Part shown: piece after piece, positions 17,974-28,380 of the stretch
Position numbering within the stretch: position 1 is the first letter of the stretch
Layout: every line of letters begins with the position of its first letter
DNA from: a virus
Lineage: Duplodnaviria > Caudoviricetes
Strand: one strand, 5' to 3'
Length of the DNA stretch: 64,000 bases
IMG/VR virus record: IMGVR_UViG_3300033498_000048
Location: 192,001-256,000 of that record
Program-made: the position numbers and the translations under genes
Notes under the pieces: model-generated
What the model saw: only the letters and a program-made list of their open reading frames with translations
Databases searched by the model: none
What the model was told of the DNA's origin: nothing

Positions 17974-19375
17974 AATTTGTTCCTGTAAAATATTGTAATA
18001 TAGGTTTATGATATTGCTCTAACCAATCTTTGCCATTATCTTTAGTTAGTAAGAACTCATACCACTCCCTAGCACATTCATAATTACCATCTTTTTCTAT
18101 TATATTACCAAAAGAATTTGTTCCAACTCCATTCCAACCTTTGATATTTGAATTGTTTTTCCTCAACTCAACAAATTCTTTTCGGGCTTGCTCATATTCA
18201 TATGTGCCTAGTGATAACATCCCTTCATGTAAAAATGCTATCACACTAACACGTTCAGCATCGGGTTCATGTAACACTATCTCAGTATTACCATGTAAGC
18301 CTTGCATATTATTGATTAATAGTAAATCGCGGGGTCTAATATCAATTGCATATCCAATTTCAGGTAATACTAAATGTCCACCAGAATAATTATCATTTTT
18401 GGATAATACACATAAATTAGCAAAACCTTGTTCCATGTTTGCTGGGTCATAATGTGCTGAGGTTCTGAAATTTTTATTTACAGTAATAGTGGTAAATGGT
18501 GTGTTAGGTACAATGAACTTATTATCTATTTTATCACAAGCTGCTAGTTGATTAGCATACCTAATTGGTAATAACTCTTTGAATAATTGTGCCAGCCTTT
18601 CTAAAAATGGAAAAGATAATTTAAATTTTTCATAGTTGTTTTTTGTGTATGCCGTTTCACGCCCAAACGGAATCCTTGGGTATCTATCATAATATCCAGC
18701 AACCCCAGAGTTTACAAAGTTTGCGTATATTGTTTTTGATATGTACGATTTAACCAATTTACAATTATCTACAATAGTTGTAAATTCATATTGTCCAGAC
18801 TTAATTGTACTAATTAATTCAAAATACCACAATTCAAAATTAAAATTATTTATAATAACTTTATTAGATATGTAAACTTTATCGGTATATTCTGGTTCAC
18901 TTTTATACACCTCAAATATTGATTCCAACTGTAATATTGTTTCAGTTGTAATTCTTTTACAATTAATTAAAATATCCAGTATAGAAAGTTCTTGTTTTGT
19001 TGCTCTGACCCTATTACCATGTAATCTAGTGTTTATTTTTCCACTAGCATTACCTCGATTATCTGTTGGAACTGCTGCGTCAGCCAACCCATCATACCCA
19101 GATTCAACTTCAGATTGAGTGAATGCGTTTTTTCTAAACTTGAATAGTATGTATTTTTCTGGATTTGAATTAACACACCTAATACAATCATCTTTTGTTT
19201 GGCAGTTATTACCTTTAGCATATTTTAATAACCCTCCAGGGTTACAAGAATCATATAGATATAAGTCGGTATCTTCAGTTATTAATGTGTGGTATGATGT
19301 ATCATCTAACCACTCCCTAACCAATTCTTGTTTGTTAGTATAATCTTTAATTGTTAAAACTATTTGTTTAACCAC
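17963..19375 (-). CDS. TET/JBP-family 2OG-Fe(II) nucleobase dioxygenase
   Basis: FTTITVNKNFRTSAHYD (HxD), GGHLVLPE, LHGNTEI (distal His), ERVSVIAF. Confidence 0.82.
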   Translation of the reverse strand: MVKQIVLTIKDYTNKQELVREWLDDTSYHTLITEDTDLYLYDSCNPGGLLKYAKGNNCQTKDDCIRCVNSNPEKYILFKFRKNAFTQSEVESGYDGLADAAVPTDNRGNASGKINTRLHGNRVRATKQELSILDILINCKRITTETILQLESIFEVYKSEPEYTDKVYISNKVIINNFNFELWYFELISTIKSGQYEFTTIVDNCKLVKSYISKTIYANFVNSGVAGYYDRYPRIPFGRETAYTKNNYEKFKLSFPFLERLAQLFKELLPIRYANQLAACDKIDNKFIVPNTPFTTITVNKNFRTSAHYDPANMEQGFANLCVLSKNDNYSGGHLVLPEIGYAIDIRPRDLLLINNMQGLHGNTEIVLHEPDAERVSVIAFLHEGMLSLGTYEYEQARKEFVELRKNNSNIKGWNGVGTNSFGNIIEKDGNYECAREWYEFLLTKDNGKDWLEQYHKPILQYFTGTNYGI

Positions 19376-19505
19376 ATCAATGCTCCTTGTTTTTGTGTAT
19401 TGTTGTAGTATTTATCACAATAATCAAACGCAACATTTATATTTACACTACCACAACAGTCTGCTAAAATTGTACATTTAAACGTATTAATTTGGAGTCA
19501 TCATT

Positions 19506-20063
19506 ATGTTTGGATTTATTGTTTCGGTATTGTTATTTGTGTTTTTATATTTTATGATACCAGATGATGGAGTAACTATTAAACCAGATGATGGAGTAAC
19601 TATTAAACCTGATATTGGAATATTTGAATCTGATTTAGATTGTATAAGTGAGGCTATTTACTTTGAAAGTAGGGGTGAACCAGAGAGAGGTCAACAACTT
19701 GTTGCGTGGTCAATTATCAACAGAAGTATTGTAACTGGATTAAGTATGTGTGAAGTGGTACATTACCCAATGCAATATTCATATAGGAATTGTATTAATC
19801 CAGATACAAACAAACCTATAAACGCAAAAGAATGGAACAAGATATTGAACAAAGTTTGTCCAGTATTAGTAATGTCGGATTTACAAAGCAAAGCAAACTC
19901 AGAAAGAATTGCAATGGAAGTTTTAGATGATTATAACTTACATGGAGCAACAGAAAACACAACACACTTTCACCATATTCGATTAGGTGGAGTTCGATAT
20001 GGTGGAACAAACTCACAACTTATTGGAAATCAATTGTATTATTCAGCTCCAGACGCACTTTGA
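19506..20063 (+). CDS. Cell wall hydrolase, SleB/Hydrolase_2 family, with N-terminal signal anchor
   Basis: CISEAIYFESRGEP; VAWSIINR; CEVVHYPMQYS; hydrophobic N-terminus. Confidence 0.85.
   Translation: MFGFIVSVLLFVFLYFMIPDDGVTIKPDDGVTIKPDIGIFESDLDCISEAIYFESRGEPERGQQLVAWSIINRSIVTGLSMCEVVHYPMQYSYRNCINPDTNKPINAKEWNKILNKVCPVLVMSDLQSKANSERIAMEVLDDYNLHGATENTTHFHHIRLGGVRYGGTNSQLIGNQLYYSAPDAL
19560..19607. repeat. Perfect 24-bp tandem duplication (PDDGVTIK twice)
   Basis: ccagatgatggagtaactattaaa repeated twice. Confidence 0.95.
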
Positions 20064-20073
20064 AAAATACAAA

Positions 20074-20102
20074 TTGACAGAAATCAGCTTTAGTCATAAA
20101 AT
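20074..20102 (+). promoter_or_regulatory. Sigma70-like promoter upstream of the primase-helicase
   Basis: TTGACA-17-TAAAAT. Confidence 0.65.
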
Positions 20103-20198
20103 AGCTTTAGCGAATGAGTATTAAATATATAATGAATGGAAGTGAACAAATACCCATGTGTTTAACCTTAAACCTTAAACTTTTGGATTGTAGATATA

Positions 20199-23096
20199 AT
20201 GGAAACAAGAACCTATACTCAAATATTGGAATTAGATGATTCAACAATTGCCAATAAAGCTTCAATGTGTGGAATCAATTGGGCTAATATCAGAAACTTA
20301 ATTATTCCACAAATTAACATGACCTTTCAAACTGATATTGAACTATCTAAAAAAGATAAAGGACGTGTTAAAGCTTGGATTCAATGTAAACAAGATGATA
20401 ACGGTAATTCATATCCGTTAATTACCTTCAATAATTTTAACGATGGTGGTATCAGTGAAACATATACTGGTATCACTGCTATACATGGAAAAAACAATAC
20501 TAAAAAAACACAATTAAATATCAATCCAGTCGTACAACAGCCAACACAGGCAACAAATCAATTGGACACTTATAACGAATTTCATTCTATATTTGGTACA
20601 CTTCCAACGGTATCAATCAATGATGTTACTTATTTAAATAATAAGGGATTATCAATGAAAGAAGTTCCGAATACATTGGATTTAAGACGTGGAGTTGATA
20701 GTTATAATAAAAAGTTTATTGCATTTCCATTGGTTAATGTACACAATGAAATTGTAGGCTATCAAAAAATCTATGATAAGAAATTCAAACACGGAAACAA
20801 ATTAAAAGATAAAATTGTAGTATTTAAACCAAACACAAAAAATGGTAGTTTTGCAATATTGGGAACAATTACCCAACACACGAAAGTCATTTATTTGTGT
20901 GAGGGTTTAGCAACAGCATTATCAGTTTATGAATCAACTAAAGTTCCAACTATCATTTGTTTAGATTTGGGTAATGTCCATAATGTAATGCAATTATTCA
21001 ATAGCCACGAATTGATATTGGCTATTGATAATGATTATAATTACATCCACGATACACTCGAAAACTTACCACACAATGCTAAAATCATTTTACCAACTTT
21101 AAATGATATGGGAAAATGTGATTATAATGATGTGTATGTTAAATGTGGAAAACAGGAAGTTAAAAAACAATTACTATTCACACATAGTTATATTAAGTTG
21201 AATAGTAAGAGATTAGACATTAATGGATTCAATAGTGGAGTAACCTTAATTAAATCGACATATGAAACAGGAAAAACCTATAATTGTATTCAATATGTCC
21301 GTAAAAATTCAAAATTGAGTGTGTTATATATTGCACATTTAATATCATTGTGTGACCAAGCTGCTACTAAGTTTGCTATTAAAAGTTATAGCAAAGTTAA
21401 ACAGGTTAGCAATGAAAAAAGAATGAGTATTTGTATCAATTCATTGTACAAGATTATTAAGAATAATGTTGTTCCAATATTTGATATTTTAATTCTTGAT
21501 GAAATTGAGCAATTACTTGAAAGACTTGCTAATTCAAGAGCCACCGATATAAGAAATAAGGAAATGATATTCCAAGTATTAGAATATCTTGTTAAAAACT
21601 GTCGACAAGTAATTTGTCTGGATGCTGATTTGAGTAAAGTAACACTTGATTTTATAGAAGCTATTAGAAATGGTGAATCATTCACAATATATGATAATTC
21701 ATATGTACATAAGAAAACGATGTATGTGTATGAGTCTGCTGAGGAAATAATCGAATTAACACAAGAAGCTGTTAATGCAAATGTTCCAACACTGTTTTGT
21801 ACAAACACGCTTAATAGAAGTGAAACCGTGTTTGAACAAATACAATGCTCAAATAAACGGGTAATTAACTCTAAAACTACATCAACGGATGATGTAATTG
21901 AGTTTTTAGAAGACATTGATGTTCATTGTCAACAGGATTTACTAACAATTTGTAGTCCTTCAATAAGCACTGGAGTTAGTATAGAATCTGGACATTACAA
22001 ACTTAATACTGGAATATTTGTTCATAATGTTAATACTCCATTAGATGTATTACAACAATTGGAACGTGATAGAAGAACATTAGACAAACACATTTTTATT
22101 AGTCCATATTCTAATAAAATTGACAATCCTAATTATTCAGATGCAACAGATTTCACATTAAAAATGATTAGTGCTAATGGTGAAATCGTCCATAGAAATA
22201 ATAATTATTCAAAACTGGTTAATAATGTGAATAATAAAAAGATTAAATTAATGTCAAACTTTAAAGGAACATTGTTAGACCTTGCTATAAGTAAAGGCTA
22301 CAATATCATAATGGTTGAACCCAAAATAACTCCAGAAGAAAAAACACGCATAAAAAACGAACAAAAACAAATAACCGAAACACTTGAAAAGGAAAGAATT
22401 GAAATGATTGTCACTTCTAATAAAATTGACGATGAAACATATTCTAATCTTAGGGATTTACAGATTATTACGGAAGATGAACGAGCTGAAATGTCCAGAT
22501 TTGAAATGGAAACATTTTACAACAAAGATATTTCAGAAAAATTAGTTAGATTTGATAATAAGGGTAAAACCAGAAAACAAATTAAATTGTTGCGTTTACT
22601 TAAACAAAACATTGACACAATAAAAGATAGACAGAAGTGGGCATTTAAAGATGTATTCATGGAAGATGTGGACTATAGCTATCTTAGATATACTTTGTAT
22701 TCCAAGTTATTCCACCACATTGGAATTGATATAGACACAATGCAAGTAATTAAAGAACAATATTCCCATAGTGATGCTTTAGATTTTTATAATTGGGTTG
22801 CAAAAAATAAATCAGCATTTTCAGTTGTTTGGTCTATACCAGATGAAAGTAAATTTAGTGCAAATCCGTTTAAATACATTGGCAATTTATTACAAAATTG
22901 TGGACTAAAACAATCCCGAAAATACCAAAAAGTAAATGGTGAAACTTTTACATATTACCAAGTATCACAAGCCTCTATTGACTCACTTGTGCAATATGTT
23001 AATAAATCAGTTGAACCAGGAACTGAAACAAAAAAAGATGTTCCCGTAAAAACAAAAAATAAGTTTGATGTACTAAACAATTCGACTCAATTATAA
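20199..23096 (+). CDS. TOPRIM primase fused to an origin-binding-protein-like SF2 helicase (CyRepA1/P4-alpha-like replication protein)
   Basis: IYLCEGLATALS, LAIDND and DYND (TOPRIM). LIKSTYETGKT (Walker A), ICINSL, LILDEIEQ (Walker B), SPSISTGVSI and LQQLERDR. Confidence 0.78.
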   Translation: METRTYTQILELDDSTIANKASMCGINWANIRNLIIPQINMTFQTDIELSKKDKGRVKAWIQCKQDDNGNSYPLITFNNFNDGGISETYTGITAIHGKNNTKKTQLNINPVVQQPTQATNQLDTYNEFHSIFGTLPTVSINDVTYLNNKGLSMKEVPNTLDLRRGVDSYNKKFIAFPLVNVHNEIVGYQKIYDKKFKHGNKLKDKIVVFKPNTKNGSFAILGTITQHTKVIYLCEGLATALSVYESTKVPTIICLDLGNVHNVMQLFNSHELILAIDNDYNYIHDTLENLPHNAKIILPTLNDMGKCDYNDVYVKCGKQEVKKQLLFTHSYIKLNSKRLDINGFNSGVTLIKSTYETGKTYNCIQYVRKNSKLSVLYIAHLISLCDQAATKFAIKSYSKVKQVSNEKRMSICINSLYKIIKNNVVPIFDILILDEIEQLLERLANSRATDIRNKEMIFQVLEYLVKNCRQVICLDADLSKVTLDFIEAIRNGESFTIYDNSYVHKKTMYVYESAEEIIELTQEAVNANVPTLFCTNTLNRSETVFEQIQCSNKRVINSKTTSTDDVIEFLEDIDVHCQQDLLTICSPSISTGVSIESGHYKLNTGIFVHNVNTPLDVLQQLERDRRTLDKHIFISPYSNKIDNPNYSDATDFTLKMISANGEIVHRNNNYSKLVNNVNNKKIKLMSNFKGTLLDLAISKGYNIIMVEPKITPEEKTRIKNEQKQITETLEKERIEMIVTSNKIDDETYSNLRDLQIITEDERAEMSRFEMETFYNKDISEKLVRFDNKGKTRKQIKLLRLLKQNIDTIKDRQKWAFKDVFMEDVDYSYLRYTLYSKLFHHIGIDIDTMQVIKEQYSHSDALDFYNWVAKNKSAFSVVWSIPDESKFSANPFKYIGNLLQNCGLKQSRKYQKVNGETFTYYQVSQASIDSLVQYVNKSVEPGTETKKDVPVKTKNKFDVLNNSTQL

Positions 23097-23258
23097 ATCA
23101 ATAGGTTAGCACTTACAACCGTTAAGGTATTATATAACTGTTCCAAATGCTAACTCGTTGTTTAATATACATAAAGTTGTAAGGTATATAAATCAATAGG
23201 TTAGCACTTACAAGTGATAGTTAATTATAAGACCAGTCAAAGTGCTAAGTCATTGATT
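23096..23258. repeat. Two 68-bp inverted-repeat units (20-bp arms, 28-bp spacer)
   Basis: 23096-23163 and 23191-23258. Arms resemble AATCAAYRRGTTAGCACTTR and its reverse complement. Confidence 0.85.
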
Positions 23259-23475
23259 ATTACATCATTGTCAATTATAACTGTATTTGGAATAACAATG
23301 ATGTAAATTACTTCTAAAGACCGATAATGGAGCAACTATATGTGACTATGTAAAATGTTTTTCGTGCGATAAAACACACTGGAGTGCAAATTAATGATGT
23401 TTTGTAGACTCAAGAATCATATTGATTCGGTTGAGAATACCCACACGCCTTAAGCAATTGAATCACAAGTTCGAG

Positions 23476-23504
23476 TTGACATTATAATACGAATTGTGTA
23501 ATAT
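23476..23504 (+). promoter_or_regulatory. Sigma70-like promoter
   Basis: TTGACA-17-TAATAT, followed by a GGAG RBS and ATG at 23534. Confidence 0.6.
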
Positions 23505-23533
23505 AACGTCAACTAAACCAACGGAGTATAAAC

Positions 23534-23722
23534 ATGGAACTAAAATTATACGTTTTGCGACACATAAGTGGAGCTTATATGACTAAATCAGGTGATGTTA
23601 ATAGAGGCAATCAAGCAGATATGGCAATATATACTAAACGACATTTTGCAGAGGCAAAGTTAAGACGGAATTTCACAGTGATTGAATTTGATGCACAATT
23701 AACTGAAGTAGGGATGAGTTAA
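23534..23722 (+). CDS. Hypothetical protein
   Basis: 62 aa, GGAG RBS. Confidence 0.6.
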   Translation: MELKLYVLRHISGAYMTKSGDVNRGNQADMAIYTKRHFAEAKLRRNFTVIEFDAQLTEVGMS

Positions 23723-24394
23723 ATGCGAATCATTAGACCTAATGGAATTACAGATTTATATGATTGTATGGCTGGTGTGTGTGGTATAGACCCATTAGTT
23801 ACATTAAAACACAAATCAAAATTTGACAAATGTACAATCACATCGAAAGGTGGCTTTAAATTACAAAATTTTAATTACATAAACAATATAGAAAATCCAA
23901 AAACAAGGACACAAATATATTACACTATTGTTGTTTGTGGAATACCATATGTTATTAGAAAACGTTTAATTGGCTATGAACGTAATACTTGGTCTCCAGA
24001 TAGACCAATGTTCGATAAAATGGTTATATCAAAAGAAGAGTTTTTGATGGAATTTGATAAACCATCATCCAAAATTGTTGATTATGCTGAATCACTAGAG
24101 AAGTATTCTCAACATTGGGTTGATTTTCATAAATTTTACAATTATCCAATTATGTTGTTAGAAAGCGAAACCTATGATAAAGTTAGAAGTGAATACAATT
24201 CAACTGTAAGTAGTGTTGTTCCTATGCTTAATGACTTTAAGTTCGCTCGTGTTAAATCCCCTATGGAATTATATCTCGAAATTCAAAGTTTTATGTTACA
24301 ATTGAAAAATACAAATGTTCCAGTGATTTTATCTGACTCCGACTTAGCAATTAAACACGGATTCAACAAACAGTCATTTAGAAAAAGAAAATGA
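23723..24394 (+). CDS. Hypothetical protein
   Basis: 223-aa ORF abutting the previous gene. Confidence 0.65.
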   Translation: MRIIRPNGITDLYDCMAGVCGIDPLVTLKHKSKFDKCTITSKGGFKLQNFNYINNIENPKTRTQIYYTIVVCGIPYVIRKRLIGYERNTWSPDRPMFDKMVISKEEFLMEFDKPSSKIVDYAESLEKYSQHWVDFHKFYNYPIMLLESETYDKVRSEYNSTVSSVVPMLNDFKFARVKSPMELYLEIQSFMLQLKNTNVPVILSDSDLAIKHGFNKQSFRKRK

Positions 24395-24468
24395 TAATGG
24401 CAATGTTTCCATTGGAAGCTAACAGAAAATAAATCAGTTGACTAAATACTTAATTTTTAATAGGAAAA

Positions 24469-24950
24469 ATGATGAAAACGTTTAAGCAATTTCTAGGTGA
24501 AGCAACAACAAGTTCATTCGGTATTTTTGACACAAAATACCTGGGTGTCAACGATGCTGAAAAAACAATTAGTGCAAACTATCCTGATAACCTTAACATA
24601 TAAAAGGTATCGAATTTTTCGATACGATTTATATGTCTGATATTATTAGAAAGGCTAGTGCTAAGTTGGACAAGTCAGGTCAAGAATCATATTTAGGTTA
24701 TTTACCCAAAGAAGATTTGTTCATATCAGGGTGGGACACATGGTCAGATGATGAGGAAGATGATTATAGAGATTTTAACCCCACCGAATCATTTAGTGGC
24801 AACTTAGCATTTGTTAAGGTAAATGATAAAGGTGTTGCCAAAGTTATTAATATCTCTGGTGACGCTGGTGATATGATGTACGGGAGTGGTGGTTCACTAA
24901 GTAAATTAAAGAAAGAATATCCTAACTTAGTTAATATTAGATTAGATTAA
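24469..24950 (+). pseudogene. Frameshifted internal-head-protein-like gene, paralog of 22..373
   Basis: ATG 24469 gives MMKTFKQFLGE...NYPDNLNI* (stop at 24603). Removing one C and one A in aaccttaacatataaaaggt restores PDN-LTYKGIEFFDTIY and joins the track ORF 24633..24950. Confidence 0.65.
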
Positions 24951-25108
24951 AATTGGGTTAGTTTGATGTACTTACGCATTTAACGTAATGTCTATCAACG
25001 AATTAGCAAATGGTAGCAGAATCTCGACTGTGAAAATTTAGTCCAACAAAAGAAGACTATGTAATTTGATTATACACAATTGATATTTTTATATACCTCC
25101 CTTACAAT

Positions 25109-25176
25109 AAACAACGAGTTAGCACTTGGAACGATTATGTAACTAATACCAGTTTCCAAGTGCTAACTCGTTAATT
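25109..25176. repeat. 68-bp inverted-repeat unit
   Basis: aaacaacgagttagcacttg-N28-caagtgctaactcgttaatt. Confidence 0.85.
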
Positions 25177-25198
25177 TCCAACTAATACATGGGGACAA

Positions 25199-25600
25199 AT
25201 GATGGCAGTATACACAGCTTCACAATTTGATGAAAAACTATTATTATCGACAATTAAAGCTATAGATTTTGTTAAAGCTGGAGGTGATATTGATGATTTT
25301 GATGGAATAGTTCATTCTAGCTTATCAGATAAACTAAATGATATTATTAATAGGCAAGAATTATTTTATATTATTCCAATTAGAAACACATGGGAAAAGA
25401 AACAATCTAACACTTTGAGCATTTTAAATGATACTATAACATTGTTACGATATGCTATGTTTACATCGGACTTATCTTGGAAAGATTTTAAAAAATTTGA
25501 TGTTGAAATGGCTGATTGTATCAGAAGTTGTGATAGAGAATATATAATTCAATTGTGTGTTAAATGGCTTCTATTTGCAGATTATTATGATTGCAATTAA
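25199..25600 (+). CDS. Hypothetical protein
   Basis: 133 aa, GGGG RBS. Confidence 0.6.
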   Translation: MMAVYTASQFDEKLLLSTIKAIDFVKAGGDIDDFDGIVHSSLSDKLNDIINRQELFYIIPIRNTWEKKQSNTLSILNDTITLLRYAMFTSDLSWKDFKKFDVEMADCIRSCDREYIIQLCVKWLLFADYYDCN

Positions 25601-25624
25601 CCTATTATCTAATAACCAAGAATC

Positions 25625-26203
25625 GTGAACACTAGAACTAGAATACAAACATCGAATAACTCATCAATCAATATCCACAAACAATTTTTAAATAATGATA
25701 CTGTTACATTTCTAATAAAGTATTATAAAAAATTACCATACTTCCAAGATAATTACAATTTTAATGGAAACATTGTTCAATCGCCAAGGTTGATTTGTTA
25801 TATGGGAGTTAAAAACTATTTTTACAGTGGAATTAACCATGTTCCAATTCCATTCGATAACATCACTAAAACACTATTGGATTTAATTGTGAAGTTATAT
25901 CCATACCAATATAACGGGTGTTTGATTAATTATTATAGAAATGGTAACGATTCTATTGGAATGCACACGGATAATGAATCGTGTATTGATTTATCCGTTC
26001 CAATTATAAATCTATCATTAGGTTCAAATCGAACACTAATTGTAAAGGATATTAAAACAAATGAAAAACACAAAATTCTAATGGAATCTGGTTCATTAAT
26101 TGGTATGATTGGTGATTTTCAACAAGATTGCATACACGGAATTGCAAAAGAAAAGAATATATTAACTCCTAGAATATCTATAACATTTAGAAGATTTAAA
26201 TGA
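25625..26203 (+). CDS. alkB: AlkB-family (ALKBH2/3-like) 2OG-Fe(II) dioxygenase
   Basis: PRLICYMG; CLINYYRNGNDSIGMHTD; NLSLG; IHGIAK; RISITFR. Confidence 0.9.
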   Translation: MNTRTRIQTSNNSSINIHKQFLNNDTVTFLIKYYKKLPYFQDNYNFNGNIVQSPRLICYMGVKNYFYSGINHVPIPFDNITKTLLDLIVKLYPYQYNGCLINYYRNGNDSIGMHTDNESCIDLSVPIINLSLGSNRTLIVKDIKTNEKHKILMESGSLIGMIGDFQQDCIHGIAKEKNILTPRISITFRRFK

Positions 26204-26680
26204 ATACACTCATAAACACTACGATATATCAGCTAGACAGAGTTTATCTCTTTTGTTTCCGCGAGTACCACAACATAAGTTACTATATGAGGACGACACT
26301 ATTGCTAGAATTTGTTTTAGCGATAGTATATCTGGATGTTTAAGTGCAATCTCTGATAAATCACCTTGTTTATATGTTTACAAGGTGGCACACGTTTATA
26401 AAAATACAAAATTTGTTTCTGATATTCCACAGTCACACAATTAAGCGAAATGGCTATTGGAATAAGCAATCGCGACCTAATAAAATATGAACGGGTTGAT
26501 GATGCACATATAACTAATGAGGTTTGGGTATGTGAACCAGTTGGGTTAAAATTGATTGGGGAGATTGTATTATGTGGAAGCTATACATCAATTCTAACAC
26601 ATAGATTTAATAATACAAAATATGATGAAAGTTGTGTTTCCAGATTTCATATTCAAAAATCAAGTCAACCTGAGATATAA
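26200..26680 (+). pseudogene. Split phage gene, ADP-ribosyltransferase-like (PRVP/RICFS family)
   Basis: YDIS..LFPRVP..EDDTIARICFSDSISGCL in one frame continues as VDDAHITNEVW in another. In-frame stop at 26442-26444 and no in-frame ATG for the first part. Confidence 0.5.
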
Positions 26681-26716
26681 ATATCATATCACAGTTAATA
26701 TTAATTAGGAGCAACA

Positions 26717-28309
26717 ATGTCATTTAGTACATTTAAAGGTTTTTTAAAAGAAGGTAGAGTTTCGTTATATGAAGCAATTAGGTTGGGGGATTTCAACAAA
26801 GCTTCTGTAATAATTGGCAAATACATAACACGGACAGTTTGTAAAACGTTTTGTTTACCCGAACCAGAGGTTGTTAAAAGTCGTGGAAAAGAATACATTG
26901 GAATTAGATATTTATTAGATGATGATAGGTCAATCAGATTAAATTGGCTTTCATCTATATCAGCAGCATCTAATCTAGTATCATTCGATTACTGGGATGG
27001 TAGTGGAGCAAAACAATTATTTCCGTCCCATCACATTGAGTTTGATGTAGACCAACAACGAACCCTAGTTAAATCATTGCCATTTATTAAAGATTTTTTG
27101 AATGGAAAGATTAAAGATAAGTCTGGATATTATGTTGATGATGATACTCTATCTGAATCACATAAAATAATTGATACTACGTTTTTGTCGGAGGCTGTAG
27201 TAACAGAAGATGATATTGTATATTCTATAAAAGGTATTATTGATGGATTATCACAAGGTGAAGACTTCTACAAACAATGCAAATCTCCAGATAGGTTGAA
27301 GTTGTATGGTAAGAATATGCGGAAAGTACAGGGGGCAATTAGAGAACTATATCCAATATTTTCCAAGTCTAAATATCCAATTGATAAACTATCAGATATT
27401 GATGTTAATTTGATATTAGATTCTGTTTTGGGTAGAAATGGTAAATCTACAACTGACGGAATAGATTTAATTAAATTTGATGTAACCCCTGGAACGCCAG
27501 AGGTTAGAGTTCCACAAGATAGTACATTAACCGATGTTGAAATTGAAAGAATCTCATATGAAGACCAATTAGAAGATTTAACAACATCAATTGGCTTACT
27601 ATTGGCAGGAGCATCACACGGATTGTTTATTACTGGCAGAGGTGGTACTGGTAAATCTGTTACTGTCAAACAAGCCTTGAATAATAATGGATTACAAGAA
27701 GGTGATGGTTATGTCAAGTTGAAAACAACTGCTACAACAGTTGGTATATATCAATTGTTATACAAATATCGCGACTCTGTGTTATTGTTTGATGATTCAG
27801 ATTCAATATTTACTGACCAAGCAACACGAAACATTTTTAAGGCTGCTACTGAGTCTGGTTCAGAAAAAAGAATGTTAATGTGGGACAAAAAATCTAGTGA
27901 TATTGTTGATTCTGATATATACGATGAAGATGACCCAGAATTTGATAGCAAATATCCAAATCGGTATGAATTTACTGGAAAAATAATATTCATATCAAAC
28001 CTTGAAATGGACAAAGTTGACCCAGATGGTGCATTGCGTACCAGAGGTAATATTTTCAATATATCGGCAACTAATGAAGAGATATATGAAAAGGCTGCAA
28101 AGATTATTATGTTCATTCCGTTGCGAGTTAATTACAATTTAGACAAACCAAAACGGTTAGAGATTCTTGAAGCTTTTGCTGCAAAAAAACGTATGGTAGA
28201 TACAGCAGACCTTAGAACATTTGAGCGAGCGTTAAATGATTCTGCTGCAATCTTATTGCAAGGTGGAGATGATAGTAAATGGAAAACGTGGATAATTAGA
28301 TACTGTTAA
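26717..28309 (+). CDS. AAA+ ATPase with long N-terminal domain
   Basis: GRGGTGKS; LLFDDSD; FTGKIIFISNL; ALRTRG. TATAAATA at 26676-26683. N-terminus MSFSTFKGFLKE. Confidence 0.85.
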   Translation: MSFSTFKGFLKEGRVSLYEAIRLGDFNKASVIIGKYITRTVCKTFCLPEPEVVKSRGKEYIGIRYLLDDDRSIRLNWLSSISAASNLVSFDYWDGSGAKQLFPSHHIEFDVDQQRTLVKSLPFIKDFLNGKIKDKSGYYVDDDTLSESHKIIDTTFLSEAVVTEDDIVYSIKGIIDGLSQGEDFYKQCKSPDRLKLYGKNMRKVQGAIRELYPIFSKSKYPIDKLSDIDVNLILDSVLGRNGKSTTDGIDLIKFDVTPGTPEVRVPQDSTLTDVEIERISYEDQLEDLTTSIGLLLAGASHGLFITGRGGTGKSVTVKQALNNNGLQEGDGYVKLKTTATTVGIYQLLYKYRDSVLLFDDSDSIFTDQATRNIFKAATESGSEKRMLMWDKKSSDIVDSDIYDEDDPEFDSKYPNRYEFTGKIIFISNLEMDKVDPDGALRTRGNIFNISATNEEIYEKAAKIIMFIPLRVNYNLDKPKRLEILEAFAAKKRMVDTADLRTFERALNDSAAILLQGGDDSKWKTWIIRYC

Positions 28310-28380
28310 TCCGTGTTTGATATATAATTGTGAAATGGAGACATGATGTCTCCATTTCACATATGGGGAGAATAAGAAAG

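Noticed and set aside
23320-23475. Possible degenerate tRNA downstream of the repeats
   Set aside because: A GTTCGAGT word is present but supporting stems are not.
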